NCBI GenBank assembly: GCA_028826165.1
Contig: JAPDFW010000081.1
Coordinates: 868,001 to 932,000 of the forward strand
DNA length: 64,000 bases
Source of the DNA: Anaeramoeba ignava BMAN
Taxonomy: Eukaryota; Protista; Anaeramoebae
Direction of reading: 5' to 3'
Position numbers and translations under genes: made by a program. Below are positions 36,221 to 49,313 of the stretch, one piece after another (the first letter of the stretch is position 1; the number at the start of each line of letters is the position of its first letter). Under the pieces are notes generated by a model. That model saw nothing but the letters and a program-made list of their open reading frames with translations. It was not told the origin of the DNA and did no database searches.

Positions 36221-37520
36221 ATGAGTGTTTATCCTGAAGAATTAAATGAATATAGTTATAAAGTGCTAGTTGTTGGTGATGTTGGTGGAGGAAAAACATC
36301 AATTATTCAAAGATTTGTTTATAATTCTTTTAGTAGACAATATAAAGCAACTGTGAGTATTAAATTTATAATTAAATTTATAATTAAATTTATAATTATA
36401 TTTATAATAAAATTTATAATTATATTTATAATTAAATTTATAATTAAATTTTATAATAATTTATAATTATATTTATAATAAAAATTTATAATTAAATTTA
36501 TAATTAATAAATTTATTTATAATTAAATTTATAATTAAATTTATAATTAAATTTATAATTAAATTTATAATTAAATTTATAATTAAATTTATAATTATAT
36601 TTATAATTATATTTATAATTATATTTATAATTAAATTTATAATTAAATTTATAATTAAATTTATAATTAAATTTATAATTAAATTTATAATTAAATTTAT
36701 AATAAAATTTATAATAAAATTTATAATGAAATTTATAATTATATTTATAATTAAATTTATAATTAAATTTATAATAATATTTATAACAGATTGGAGTTGA
36801 TTTTGCTTTAAAAGTTATGAACCTTGATGAAAACACAGTTGTTAGACTTCAATTATGGGATATTGCAGGTATTTTTGTTTTATTTAATTTAATTGAATTG
36901 AATTGAATTGAATTAAATTTGCTTTAAAAAAAGGTCAAGAAAGATTTGGAAATATGACAAGAATTTATTATAAACAAGCAGTTGGTGCTTTTGTTGTATT
37001 TGATATATCTCGTTCTGATTCATTTGAAGGAGCTAAAAAATGGAAAGCAGATATTGATTCAAAAGTAGTTCTCCCAAATAAAGATCCAATTCCTATTGTT
37101 CTTTTAGCAAATAAGGTAAATTAAAATTAATTGAAAGTAAATTAATTGAATACAATTTAATTGAATTTTTGAAATTTAGGTTGATTTATTAAATAGTGAA
37201 GTTCCAAGTGAAGAATTAGAAAAATTTTGTCAAGAAATGGGATTTGTTACTTGGTAAAATTGAATAAATCTTTTATATAATTTTAAAATTGAAAATTTGG
37301 ATAATTGATTAATTTAAAAACAAAACAAAACAAAACAAAATAATATTTTTTATAAAAAAGGTTCGCAACAAGTGCAAAAGAGAATACAAATATTGAAGAA
37401 GCAATGAAATATCTTCTTGAAAAAATAATTTCATTTGAATTAGAAAAACCAAAAACAAGTGCAAATACAATTTCTCTTCAAGAAAACGATTCTTCTTCTA
37501 AAAAATCTGGATGTTGTTAG
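36221..37520 (+). CDS. RAB32: Rab32/38 family GTPase (5 exons)
   Basis: YKATIGVDFALK, LQLWDIAGQERFGNMTRIYY, KWKADIDSKV, LLANK, TSAK, GCC. Confidence 0.93.
36360..36785. repeat. Intronic 12-mer satellite (TTTATAATTAAA)n
   Basis: Fills Rab32 intron 36353-36789. Confidence 0.95.
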
Positions 37521-37929
37521 TTTTGATTCGTTTTTTTGATTTTTTTTTTTGAAATGTGTTCATTTTCTCAAACTATCTTTTAATAATAGAAAATTTGAAT
37601 TTCTTGTGGAGTCATCTTTTCTTTTCCAATTCAAATATCTCAAAAATCCAAAAATATAAAAAAGAAAAAAAGAAAAAAAGATTTTGATTTTGATTTTGAT
37701 TTTGATTTTAATTTTGATTTGTTTTTAAATTTTAATTTTAAATTTGATTTTAATTTTAATTTTAATTTTGATTTTGATTTTGATTTTTATTTTAATTTTC
37801 ATTTAAATTTTAATTTTGATTTTAAATTGATTTGATTTGATTTGATTTGATTTGATTTTGATTTTAATTTTAATTTTGATTTTGAATTTCAATTTGATTT
37901 TGATTTGATTTGATTTCGAAAATCAAAAA

Positions 37930-40900
37930 TCATTTCAGGAAATTTGATAAAAATTCATCAACATCATTTGTATCTCTTTCAACCCATTTAGCATTCTTTG
38001 AAATATTTTCCAAAGATTGTTTGATAGTTCTTTCAGCAGAAGGAGCTTTAGTTTTTTGGAAAAAATCTTCAATTTCTTTTAATTTTTGGATTGATTTAAA
38101 AGAAGAACAAGCAGCTTCAATAAAATTGGATAATAAAAACAAACCACCACCGAATTTATCCCAAAATTTAGACCAATTTTGTTGGAGGAAATCCCAGGCA
38201 AGATCTCTTCCTTTGAGACTGCGGCAAACACCAACAAAGGCATACATAGAATCTGATCTCGAACTTCTTGACTGATACTAAGTTCCAAAGTTTTTCCCAA
38301 CAAATCTGGGTTTTGTGTTGATCCTAAAGCAAAAAGACGCTTGACTTTCTCTTCTGGATGATTTGTTTCGCGATACATTTTCAGCATCGCATCATATTCT
38401 TTTTCTCCTCCATTTCGCAATGCATTTGAATAGACAATCCCCCGAAAATCAGGTGAAATTTCTTCATTTTTTGAAATGAGATTTTCAAAAAGTGTTTTTG
38501 ATTTTTGGATCACTGGCTCGTAGTTGCATCTTCCAAGAATACCAAGAATAGAAATGCGCAAGTTTGAGATTATAACACCTTCGCCGTCTTTTGGATCCCA
38601 ACCCAGCTTGTGGAAAACTGGTTCAAAAAGTCTTTTTCCAAATTCTTGAAACATTGAATAGAGTTTTTGGTTTTCGTCAAAAACATTCATTATTGTGATG
38701 AAATTGGAGATGATTCCGTTGAAAACTGGATAGCTATCTTCTGATTTGTAAAATTTATAAATTGAAAGAGCTTGACTTGTTTTGATTATTCCTGAAGAGG
38801 CGAGTAAGCCGTAATCGCTCTGGATTTCAAAGCGATCGACAGGCTTAAGTTCACGAGATTCTATTGGTTTTTCAAGTTTTTTTAGCAAAGAAGGAGAGTA
38901 TGCGATGACACAAAAACGAGAGTAATGCAGTATTGAATTTCACGAATTGCGGTTTTTGATCTTTTTCATCTTTTGGATCATCTTCTTTGAGTGGATGATC
39001 GAGTTTAATCACTTGTTCTGCTTTGTCCTCAAGAAGAATCATTTGCGAAGATCCATCTGAATAAATCATGTGAAGCGGGACTTTCCAGAGAGTTGGATCG
39101 TCTTCTCCTGTGAATAAAAATCTCTTCTGCAAAACTGTATATTCTCCATTTTTCACGTCTTTGTCTTGAATAAGTAAATAGGGGAATCCTGTTTGTTGTG
39201 TCCATCCGCGCATCACCGATGCTACATCGACACCAGAAGATTCCTTGAGCGCTTCCCAAAGATCCTCTGTTCCAGCATTTGAGAATTTAAACTTGAGCAG
39301 AAAATGGTTTATTCCTTTTCGAAAAGGTTCGTCTCCTAAAAATCCGCGAACCATTTGAACTAAACAAGCTCCTTTATAATAAGAAATCGGATCAAAAATT
39401 TCGTTGATTTGGGCTGATGTGTTCACTTCCACTTCTATTGGATGTGAGCTTTTTAATCCGTCTAATTCTTGTGCCCAAGTAAACTCCCTTGTTCCAAATT
39501 GTGACCAACTATCCCATTCTGGAAATAGATGATCAATTGCAACATATGTCATCCAAACTGCAAATCCTTCGTTTAACCATAAATGCTTCCACCATTCAGG
39601 GCTGCATAAGTTTCCAAACCATTGATGAACAAGTTCATGAGCAATCGTTCTAGCTACTGCTTGCATTCGAAGTTGTGATGAATTTTCATCTGTAAGAAGT
39701 GCTATTTCTCTGTATGTTATAAGTCCCCAATTCTTATTTTTGAAATTTTAAATAATTTAATAAATTTCAAATAATTTAATAAATTTAAAATAATTTAATA
39801 AATTTCAAATAAGTTTAATAAATTTAAAATAATTTAATAAATTTAAAACTAATAAATTTTAAATAGTTTAATAAATTTCAAATAATTTAATAAATTTAAA
39901 ATAGTTTAATAAATTCCAAAGTTTAATAAATTCCAAAGTTTAATAAATTTCAAATAATTTAATAAATTTAAAATAATTCAATTTAAAATAATTTAATAAA
40001 TTTCAAATAATAAATTTCAAATAATTTAATAAATTTCAAATAATAAATTTCAAATAATTTAATAAATTTAAAATAATAAATTTCAAATAATTCAATTCCA
40101 AAGTTTAATAAATTTAAAATAGTTTAATAAATTTAAAATAATTTAATAAATTTAAAATAATTTAATAAATTTCAAATAATAAATTTCAAATAATTTAATA
40201 AATTTAAAATAGTTTAATAAATTTAAAACTAATAAATTCAAAATAATAAATTTCAAATAATTTAATAAATTTCTAAGTTTAATAAATTTCTGAATAAATA
40301 ATTTTACTTCCATTGCACCTATTCATTTTAAATTAAAAAGTAAAAATTAAAAAGTAAATATTGAAAAATCCTTTCTTTGAATAAAAATTACCAGCAGAAA
40401 AATCAGGAATTGCTACAAGATCCATCTTTGGTAAAACATAATCAATTCCAAAATATTTCTCATAAAAATCCAAAGCTCTAACACAAACATCTAAAGCAAA
40501 TGTTCCTTGGTTTTGCTTTCCCAAAGGAGTATAAACTCTAACAGGAATTTTATTAGTTGGAGTTTTAGACTCAATAAAATCAAATTCACCAACAACAATT
40601 GCAAAAAGATAAGAACTCATTTTTGGAGTGGGTTGAAAAGAAACAATTTTCAAATCATTTTCTATTTGAGTCTCTGTTTGAATTGGCATATTTGAGAGTG
40701 TCACAAGATGAGCAGGTGTGGTTAACGTTAATTCAAAAATTGCTTTGAAGGAAGGCTCATCCCAACAAGGAAGAACTCTTCTTGCATCAGTAGGTTCAAG
40801 TTGTGTAACAACTGCATATCTAAAAAATAAAGAAAATAAAGATGTTCATTTGAAAGAAAATTTTTCGGTTTTTTTTTTGCTTTTTTTTTTATTTACTTTT

Positions 40901-41270
40901 TATTTTCTCCAACAGTATAAACACTTCGATAAAATCCTGCCATTTTGTCATTGTGTTGTCCTGTGTATTTAACTAAAAGTGTATATTCTCCAATATCAAG
41001 TTCTTCTTCAAAAACAAAATCAACAGTTTCATTTTCTGTTTGATAAATAATTTCTGCTTTTTGTTCTTTTTGTTCTTGGTTTTTAATAAAAACACTGTGG
41101 ATTTCTAATTCTTTACTGTGAAGTTTAAGTTTCTTTGTTTTTGTTATAATTTTGATTTTTGCTTCAAGATCTCCTTCAAAAACAAATTTAACAAGGTCAG
41201 GTTTTAAATGAATTTTATAGTGCGTTGGTTCTGCTAACAAAGGAAGTCGACAAGAAGTTTCGTTTTCCAT
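37930..41270 (-). CDS. M1 family puromycin-sensitive aminopeptidase (11-nt micro-exon; frameshifts at ~38914 and ~38255)
   Basis: RLP, GFYRS, TQLEPTDARRVLPCWDEP, GAMENWGL, HELVHQWFGN-x-E, ISYYKG, ERAP1-like C-terminal domain. Confidence 0.95.
39740..40300. repeat. Intronic satellite (AATAATTTAATAAATTT[A/C]A)n
   Basis: Fills intron 39733-40307. Confidence 0.9.
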
Positions 41271-41358
41271 ATTTTTAGAAAAATGAAAAATGAAAAAATG
41301 GGAAAAAATTTTTTAATTTAAAAAAAAAATCATTTTTTCTTTTTTCCTTTTTCTAAAA
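41271..41358. promoter_or_regulatory. 88-bp bidirectional core promoter with Inr-like motifs
   Basis: aaatgaaaaatgaaaa toward the aminopeptidase, tcatttttt toward Atg18. Confidence 0.55.
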
Positions 41359-42498
41359 ATGAATTTATTTGCAAAACGTTCTGCAAAACATTCTTTTATT
41401 AATTTTTCTCAGGATAACACTCGTGCATTAATTGGAATTGAAAATAAACTCAAAATATTTGTAAATATTTAAATGAAAATTTATAAAATGAAAATTAAAA
41501 ACGAAAAATTAAAAACTTTCAGAAACTTGAAAATTTATCACTTGAAGTAGAAATTGAAACAGGTCCAATTTTCTTTGCAAATACTTTATTTTCTTCTTCT
41601 CTTCTACTTTATACAGTAACAAAAACAAAGAAACAAAAATAAAAACAAAAACAAAACAAAACTCATTTAATTCCATTTTTATCGTTTGATATCCAAGACT
41701 CAAGAAAATATGAAGGAAATCAAATTCTACAGCATGAACCAAAACAAAGAAATCACAAAATTAAGTTTTGAGAAGGAAATTTATAACTATCAATTCAATT
41801 CACAAAAATTAGTGATTTTATTCAAAGATGAAATTGTGATTTACAGCATAAATGATTTAAAAAAAATAGGACAAATAACAGTTGATAGCGATAAAAACAA
41901 CAAAAATCGAATAATTGGACTTTCAAATAACGAGCGAAGTTTACTTGCGTATCCAGAAAAGGGGAAATTGATACTTTATGACACAAATCAAATGTCGGAT
42001 TTAGTTCAATTAAAATGTCATAATACACCAATTTCAAGTTTGATTTTCAATGAAAATGAAACATTAATAGCAACAACATCAGACAACGGAAAATTTTTGA
42101 GAGTTTTTGAAATTCCAAAAGAAGCAGTAAAACAAGACCCAAAATCACTAAAATCAGAAACAACTCCGTTAATTGAGTTCAAAAGAGGATCGTCGGTTGC
42201 TCTTGTTTATAATATTCATTTCTCTTTAAATTCAAAGTTTATTCTTTTGACAAGTGAGAGAGGAACTACTCACATTTTCAAAATGCCTGATCCAAATTCG
42301 AAATCAAATTCCGTTTCCACTTTTGTTAAAGTTTACTCCAAAAAAACTCAGTTCCATTTGGTTGTGTTTAATCTTTATCGTTTGAACCGTATTGTTATTT
42401 TGGATTCAAATGGATTGCTTTTTATTCATGAATTTGATGAAGAAAGTGGTAAATCAAGTACATTATCACAAGAAGTAGATTTAAAAGAAGCAAAATGA
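41359..42498 (+). CDS. Atg18/WIPI-like PROPPIN beta-propeller (3 exons)
   Basis: INFSQD N-terminus, LAYP, CHNTPI, IATTSDNGKFLRVF, EFKRG, TSERGTTHIF. Confidence 0.8.
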
Positions 42499-42744
42499 TT
42501 TTCTTTTTAAAACAAAAGGAAGAAATGAAAAAAAAAAAAATTCCACTTTTCTTTTTGAATTTTTTCATCAATCCAAAGCTTTATAAAAAAAACTTATTCA
42601 AATCAATAAAAGCGAACTTTCTCATTTTTTCTTTTTTTTTGTTTCTTTTTTAAATTTTGTAATATTTTTGTTAAAAAAAATTTTTTTTTTTTTTTTTCAT
42701 TTTTTTATTTCATTATTAAATAATTTTATTACTAAATTTTATTA

Positions 42745-44449
42745 ATGGATCAAACAAGAATTGAAGAAATTATTAATTTTGATAATGAAGAAGAACTTAA
42801 TGAATTAATAAAAAATAAATCAATAAAATTTCCAAAAGATTCATATCTAATAAATCAAGCAATCCAAAAAGATAAACCAAAATGTTTCCATTCTCTTTTA
42901 GAAGTTGCAGAAATTGAATTAAATTTTATAGATCAAAAAACCAATCTTTCTCCTTTGTCCTTATCGATTATCACGAAAAAGCAATCCTTTTTTCAGGATC
43001 TTCTCACAAAAGGGGCTGATCCTAATTTTCCAAATGAAAAGGGACGGACGCCTTTGATGTTTGCTTGTTTAATTGGTGCAAAATCATTTGTTGAGGCTCT
43101 TTTAAGAAACAAAATAAATTTATCGTTAAAAGACCGTCATGGATTCACAAACGTTCATATGGCTGTTTTGGCTTCATCTGGTACTACAAATTCCCTTGAT
43201 ATGCTTTATTCAAAAAATGCTTCTTTGAATGAAAAAGACAATCAAAATCGAACTCCTCTTCATTTGGCTGCTTATCTTGGTAAATTTCGTGCTGTAAGAT
43301 TTTTGATTTCTCATTTGCAAAATTTCAAAGAGGATCATCAAAATCTTTTACATTTATGTTGTATGTGTGGGAAGCTTAAATCAGAATGGATTTCAAGTGA
43401 ATTTGGAAGAAACAATTTAAATCAAAATCAAAATCAAAATCAAAATCAAAATCAAAATTTAAATGAAAATTTAAATGAAAATTTAAATTCAAATGAAAAT
43501 GAAAATTCAAATGAAAATTCAAATGAAAATCAAAATTCAAATGAAAATCAAAAATCAAAATCAAAATTCAAATGAAAATTTAAATCAAAATCAAAATCAA
43601 AATCAAAATCAAAATTTAAATCAAAATTCAAATGAAAATTCAAATGAAAATGAAAATGAAAATTCAAATCAAAATTCAAATGAAAATTTAAATCAAAATC
43701 AAAATCAAAATTTAAATCAAAATTTAAATCAAAATTCAAATGAAAATTCAAATGAAAATTTAAATTCAAATGAAAATTTAAATCAAAATTCAAATGAAAA
43801 TTTAAATCAAAATTCAAATCAAAATTCAAATGAAAATTTAAATCAAAATCAAAATCAAAATCAAAATCAAAATCAAAATTCAAATGAAAATTTAAATCAA
43901 AATCAAAATCAAAATCAAAATTTAAATCAAAATTCAAATGAAAATTCAAATGAAAATCAAAATCAAAATTCAAATGAAAATTTAAATCAAAATCAAAATC
44001 AAAATCAAAATTTAAATCAAAATCAAAATCAAAATCAAAATCAAATTAAAATCAAAATTCAAAATCCAAACATTATTTTATCAAGACTTAAAATTAGAAA
44101 TAGAATAAAAATTCTTGAGTTTCTTCTTGAACAAAAAATGAATATAAATTCATTTAATGAAGATGGAACAACACCACTTCATATTGCATGTACTGTTGGA
44201 TCACTTGAAATTACAAAATATTTAATAGAACATGGAGCAGATATTCATGCCAAAGATCTTCATAAAAATACTTGTTTAGAAAAAGCAGCTCAATTTGCTC
44301 ATTATAATATTGTATCTTATTTATTGAATCAAGGTGTTAAAGATAAAGAAAAAGCATTCCAAAAAGCAATTCGTTCTAGATCTTTTTTTCAAAATAAATG
44401 GAAATTTTCTGATCATTTATTTGAACAAACAATAGAACTTTTAAAATAA
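42745..44449 (+). CDS. Ankyrin-repeat protein with a long N/Q/E/S insert (frameshift at ~43550)
   Basis: GRTPLMFAC, RTPLHLAA, GTTPLHIAC..GADIH. Confidence 0.88.
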
Positions 44450-44682
44450 TGAAAAATTAATAATGAAAAATTAACAATTAAATTACTTCTCATTTCTTTT
44501 TTTTCTTTTCATATTCTTCTTTCTTTTTTTTACTAATAAATTTAATTAAGAAAAGTATTCAATTTTGAAATAAATTTTTGAAAGAAAAAAAAACAAATCA
44601 ATTTTTTTGTTTATTTTTTATTTTTCATTTTATTTTTTTCATTTTTCTTCTTTTCTTCTTCTTTTCTTCTTCTTTGTTTTTG

Positions 44683-47600
44683 ATGCTTCAACAATTTTTA
44701 CTTTTTATTTTTTTAATTTACTTTGCTTTTTCTTTAAGTTAGTTTTTTAAAATTAAAATAAAAAAAAAAAATAAAAACAACAAAAATTATTATAAAAAAT
44801 TTTTCAAATAATGAAAAAGAATTGAAAAAAAATTTAAAAAGAATTTAAAAAGAATTCGGATTTCAATTTAATAATCTAATTTCAAATTAGCATTTTAATT
44901 TAATAATCTAATTTTAATTTTAATTTTAATTTTAATTTTAATTTAATAATTAATTTTAATTTTAATTTTAATTTTAATTTTAATTTTAATTTTAATTTTA
45001 ATTTTAATTTTTAATATTAATTTTAAATTTAATTTTAATTTTAAATATTAATTTTAATTTTAAATTTAAATTTTAATTCAAAATTAAAAGATGGGTTGTT
45101 CTATTCAAGTTTTCTTGGAGGAGAAGGTTACGATTATGGTGGTTCTATTATATATCATAAAGGGGATATAATTATTGTTGGAACAACAGAATCATATTTA
45201 ACTTTTCCATTTGCGAATGAAATCGACGATCAACGACCAGGAACGATGAAGATTTTCATTACCAGAATCAACGGAACAACACACGAGATGGTTTTTTCGA
45301 CATTATTTGGAGCGACATATCCATATGACATCTTAACATATGTATCACAAGCAGTAATTCGGGAAATTGACGATAGTATAGCTATTTGTGGATATTTATC
45401 AGGATCAGGTTTTCCTATTGTTAATCCTTATCAACAGGATTGGCAAGGATATCGGGATGGCTTTGTAACTGTTCTTTCGTTCGATGGACAGGAAGTTCTT
45501 TATAGCAGCAGCTTTGGTGATTTGGATGGCGAATTATTTTTTAGTATTGATTCTTTATCAGATGGAAGACTTGCTATTGGTGGTGCATTTTATTATAGTG
45601 ATTGGGAAATTTCAACAAATACGTTTTTGCTCTCCAACTTCGATTGAAAATGATGAAGGCTTTGTTTTTGTTTTGAATATTACTGCTGAGTATGATGAAC
45701 AAGTTGGATATATGACAAGATTTTGTACACCTTCAGGCGACGATACTTATGTTAAAAGTGTTTATGTTAAAAATGATATCATTTATGCAACTGGTTATTC
45801 AAATGCTGATTCTCTCAGTGTATTCCCCTCTGGTGGTCTCATAGAGACTAATCCAGGTCCTATTTCAGCTATCTTTTTTGTTTTTGAAGTAAATCCTCTG
45901 CAACGTTTATATGGTTCTTTTCTTGGTGGAAGCGGTACTGATTATGGATATACAGTTTTTGTTGATGATAATCAGAATACTTATATTTATGGTAAGCATA
46001 AAACAATTAAAATTAAAATTAAAATTCATTTATTAAATTTAAATTAAAATTAAAATTAAAATCAAAATTAAATTTAAAATTAAAATTAAAATTAAAATTA
46101 TAATTAAAATTAAAATTAAAATTAAAATTAAAATCAAAATTAAATTTAAAATTAAAATTAAAATTAAAATTAAAATTAAAATTAAAATCGAAATTAAATT
46201 TAAAATTAAAATTAAAATTAAAATTAAAATTAAAATTAAAATTTAAAATCAAAATTAAAATTAAATTTAAAATTAAAATTAAAATTAAAATTAAAATTTA
46301 ATTTAAAATTAAAATTAAAATTAAAATTAAAATCAAATTCAAAATCAAAATCAATATTAAAATTCATTTTAAAATTATAATTAATTTTTTTGTTAAAATA
46401 GGAACAACAAATTCAGACGATTTCAATGCATTTGGATTAATCACACCTGGCGTTATATATCCAAGTCATAGTAGTTTATACACATCTCTTTTTTTATTAG
46501 AATTTGATTCTAGTTTCAATCTTCTTCATGGAACATATTTCCCTGATGCAGATTACGATTGTTCGAGTTCCGTATCTGTTGATGGTATTCGAACAACAGT
46601 AGATGACAAAATAGTAATGATGGGGATGACATCATGCAGTCACAGCTCAAAATATTTCCCAACAACATCAGATGCATTCCAACCAGAACGGCGGTCATCA
46701 ACAGGATTTTACGAAGGATTTGTTGTGATATTAGAAGATGATTTCTCGTCTGTTATTTATGGTTCATTTGTAGGCGAAAACAACTTGAATTACGGAATGG
46801 ATATTGATCCAGCAGGAAATATCTTTTTGACAGGCTTCACATCATCTCAGGGATTCCCAACAACGCCTGATGCGCTTCAAGCATCTTTCCAAGGAGGCAC
46901 TCAGGATGGATTTTTCGTGATTGCTGGTGGGATATATTGTTCATACGGTTACTTCAATCAATCATGTAATTGCACCGCTTGCAGTCCAGGCACATACTCA
47001 AATTCAATGAATTCATCATCATGTACTTTGTGCGATTACAACCAGTTCCAAAATGCTTCTGCTGCCGATTCTTGCTATACATGTGAGGATGGTGCAATAA
47101 CCCTTCAACAGGGATCAACATCCTCATCAGACTGTGTTTTCATCGGCGCTCCTAATAGAATCACCCAAATCAGTCTAACATTCACAAATCAAAGCGTTAT
47201 TGTTGACTGGGAAGCCCCGTATGATGGCGGTCTTCCGATCACGAATTATACCCTTAATATCTCTCATGAAGGAATTCTTGTTCATTCTTACGAAGGAATT
47301 TTAGACACTTATTATCAAATCGATAATCTTTCTTCCTTAACAAATTATTCGGTTGAAATTGTCGGTTTTAATGCCAACGGAATGGGGAATATTTCTTTTC
47401 CTGTCAACGGAACAACATCTGGTGTTCCTGGAAATATCACTGTTATTAATGCAACACAAACACAAAAATCCGCGTATATTTTCTGGGATGAACCAACCAC
47501 AAACGGAGGAGAAATTGAGTTGTATTACCTCGAATCAACACCGACTATTGATGGTTTGGACATGTTTTGTACTCAAACTAATTTCACAATTGTTTTGGAT

Positions 47601-48410
47601 ACTCTTCCTTCAAGCACTACATTCAACATCTCTGTCAAAGCACGTAATGTTTATGGAAACGGATCATTTGGCGATCAAGTGGCCTCTTTCACAACACCTT
47701 CTGGTCAAGTTCCTGGTTTGATTTATGATATTTGGATCAACGCAGAATACCACAAGTTTACAAACATTCCTCACTTGGGATAAACCGTTGGAGCATGGGA
47801 GCCCAATTCAACTCTATGAGGTTTCCTTTTCGCCTTTGATTTCAGGAGGAAATGTCAACACAACACTTACAAATTTAACTGTCGAACAATCCTTACTCCA
47901 AAATGCTCAAGAATATCAAGTCAAAATTAGAGCAATGAATGCTATCGGTTTTGGATTATTTGGGATTATCTTCGATTTCGTCTCTTTTGGATATCCTGAT
48001 AAAGTCAAAGATATTCAGATCTTAATAGGAATTGATTTCGTTTATGTTTCTTGTGACTCTCCAAATGATAACGGTGTTAATATCGATCGTTTTGATATGG
48101 AAACATATCCCTCAATTGCTCAATTAAGTGGATCAAGTTGTGAATTTTCTATTCCTATTGGTGATTTTGAAACAGATTTAGGTTATCAAATAAAAATAAG
48201 AGCACACAATGATCTTGGAGAAGGTGAATGGAGTGAATATGAGACCTTCTATTTATGTAAGATTCTATTTTAATTTTAAATATAATTTTAAATATAATTA
48301 TAATTTTAATTTTGATTTCTATTTTTATTTCAATTATTTTAGCTGGTGTTGAATCTCTTGCTTTTTCAACTTTGATTATTTTAGGATTAATTCTTCTTTC
48401 TTTTCTTTAA
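44683..48410 (+). CDS. Cell-surface protein: signal peptide, SBBP-type beta-propeller repeats, Cys-rich GCC2/GCC3-like segment, ~4 FN3 domains, C-terminal hydrophobic (GPI/TM) signal
   Basis: YSSFLGGEGYDYG / YGSFLGGSGTDYG, FPTTPDALQ, CTACSPGTY, WEAPYDGGLPITNY; introns 44738-45090, 45992-46401 and ~48257-48342; two frameshifts. Confidence 0.82.
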
Positions 48411-48665
48411 AACAACAACAAAAACTTTTGTTATTTTTCTCTCATTCTTTTTTTTTTTTGTTCTCTTTTTTTTTGATTTGATTTGATTTGATTTGATTTG
48501 ATTTGATTTGATTTCATTGATCCAAAAAATAAAATCAAAGTGAAACTTTATGATAAAAATTTTAATTTCAATAAAAATAAAAATATTTTGGATTGAATTT
48601 GAAATTTTATTAAAATTGAATTTGGATTTGAATTTGATTTTGAATTTGAAATTGAATTTGGATTT

Positions 48666-49226
48666 TTAGTTCTGTTTTTGTTTTTTAATTCCAAAAATTT
48701 TTAATTTAGATTCAATTATTTTAAAATAATTTTCAATAAATTTTTCAATATCAAAATCAAATTCTAATGAATCAAAAACTGTCCAAACAAGAGAATGAAA
48801 AAAAGATCCAACAGCAAATAATAAGGAAGTTGTTGATAAAAGATTATATCTTGGTGAAATAAATTGATAAACAATAACCCAAAATAATGCATAAATCCAA
48901 ATAAAATTTTTAGTAAATTTTGAATATTTTTGTTTAATAATTTCTTTTTTTTCATTTAAATTTGAAGGAATTGATAAAAAAATTGCTGGCATTTTCAAAA
49001 AAATAAACATAGGATTTATAGTAGGTGTAAATGGAGTTATTAAAATTAGGAAAGAAGCAATTAATAAACGAAATATAAAAAATAATTGCAATAATGATAA
49101 ATTTTTGCATTTAATTAATGGTTCAATTTTTTCTGAAATAATTTCTATTTTATAAAACAAATAAAATTAATAAAATATAAATACAAATAAAATTTTTAAG
49201 AAATATTTACTTTTTATTTGATCCAT
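48666..49226 (-). CDS. Small multi-pass membrane protein, copy 1 (16-nt first coding exon)
   Basis: ATG GAT CAA ATA AAA A|gt...ag|AA ATT ATT; ~4 hydrophobic segments. Confidence 0.65.
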
Positions 49227-49313
49227 TTCTTTTGTTTTTAAAAAAAAAAATGAAAAAATAATTTTGGAAAATTTAATTTATAATTTCCTTTTTTTAAAAA
49301 AAATAATTTTAAA

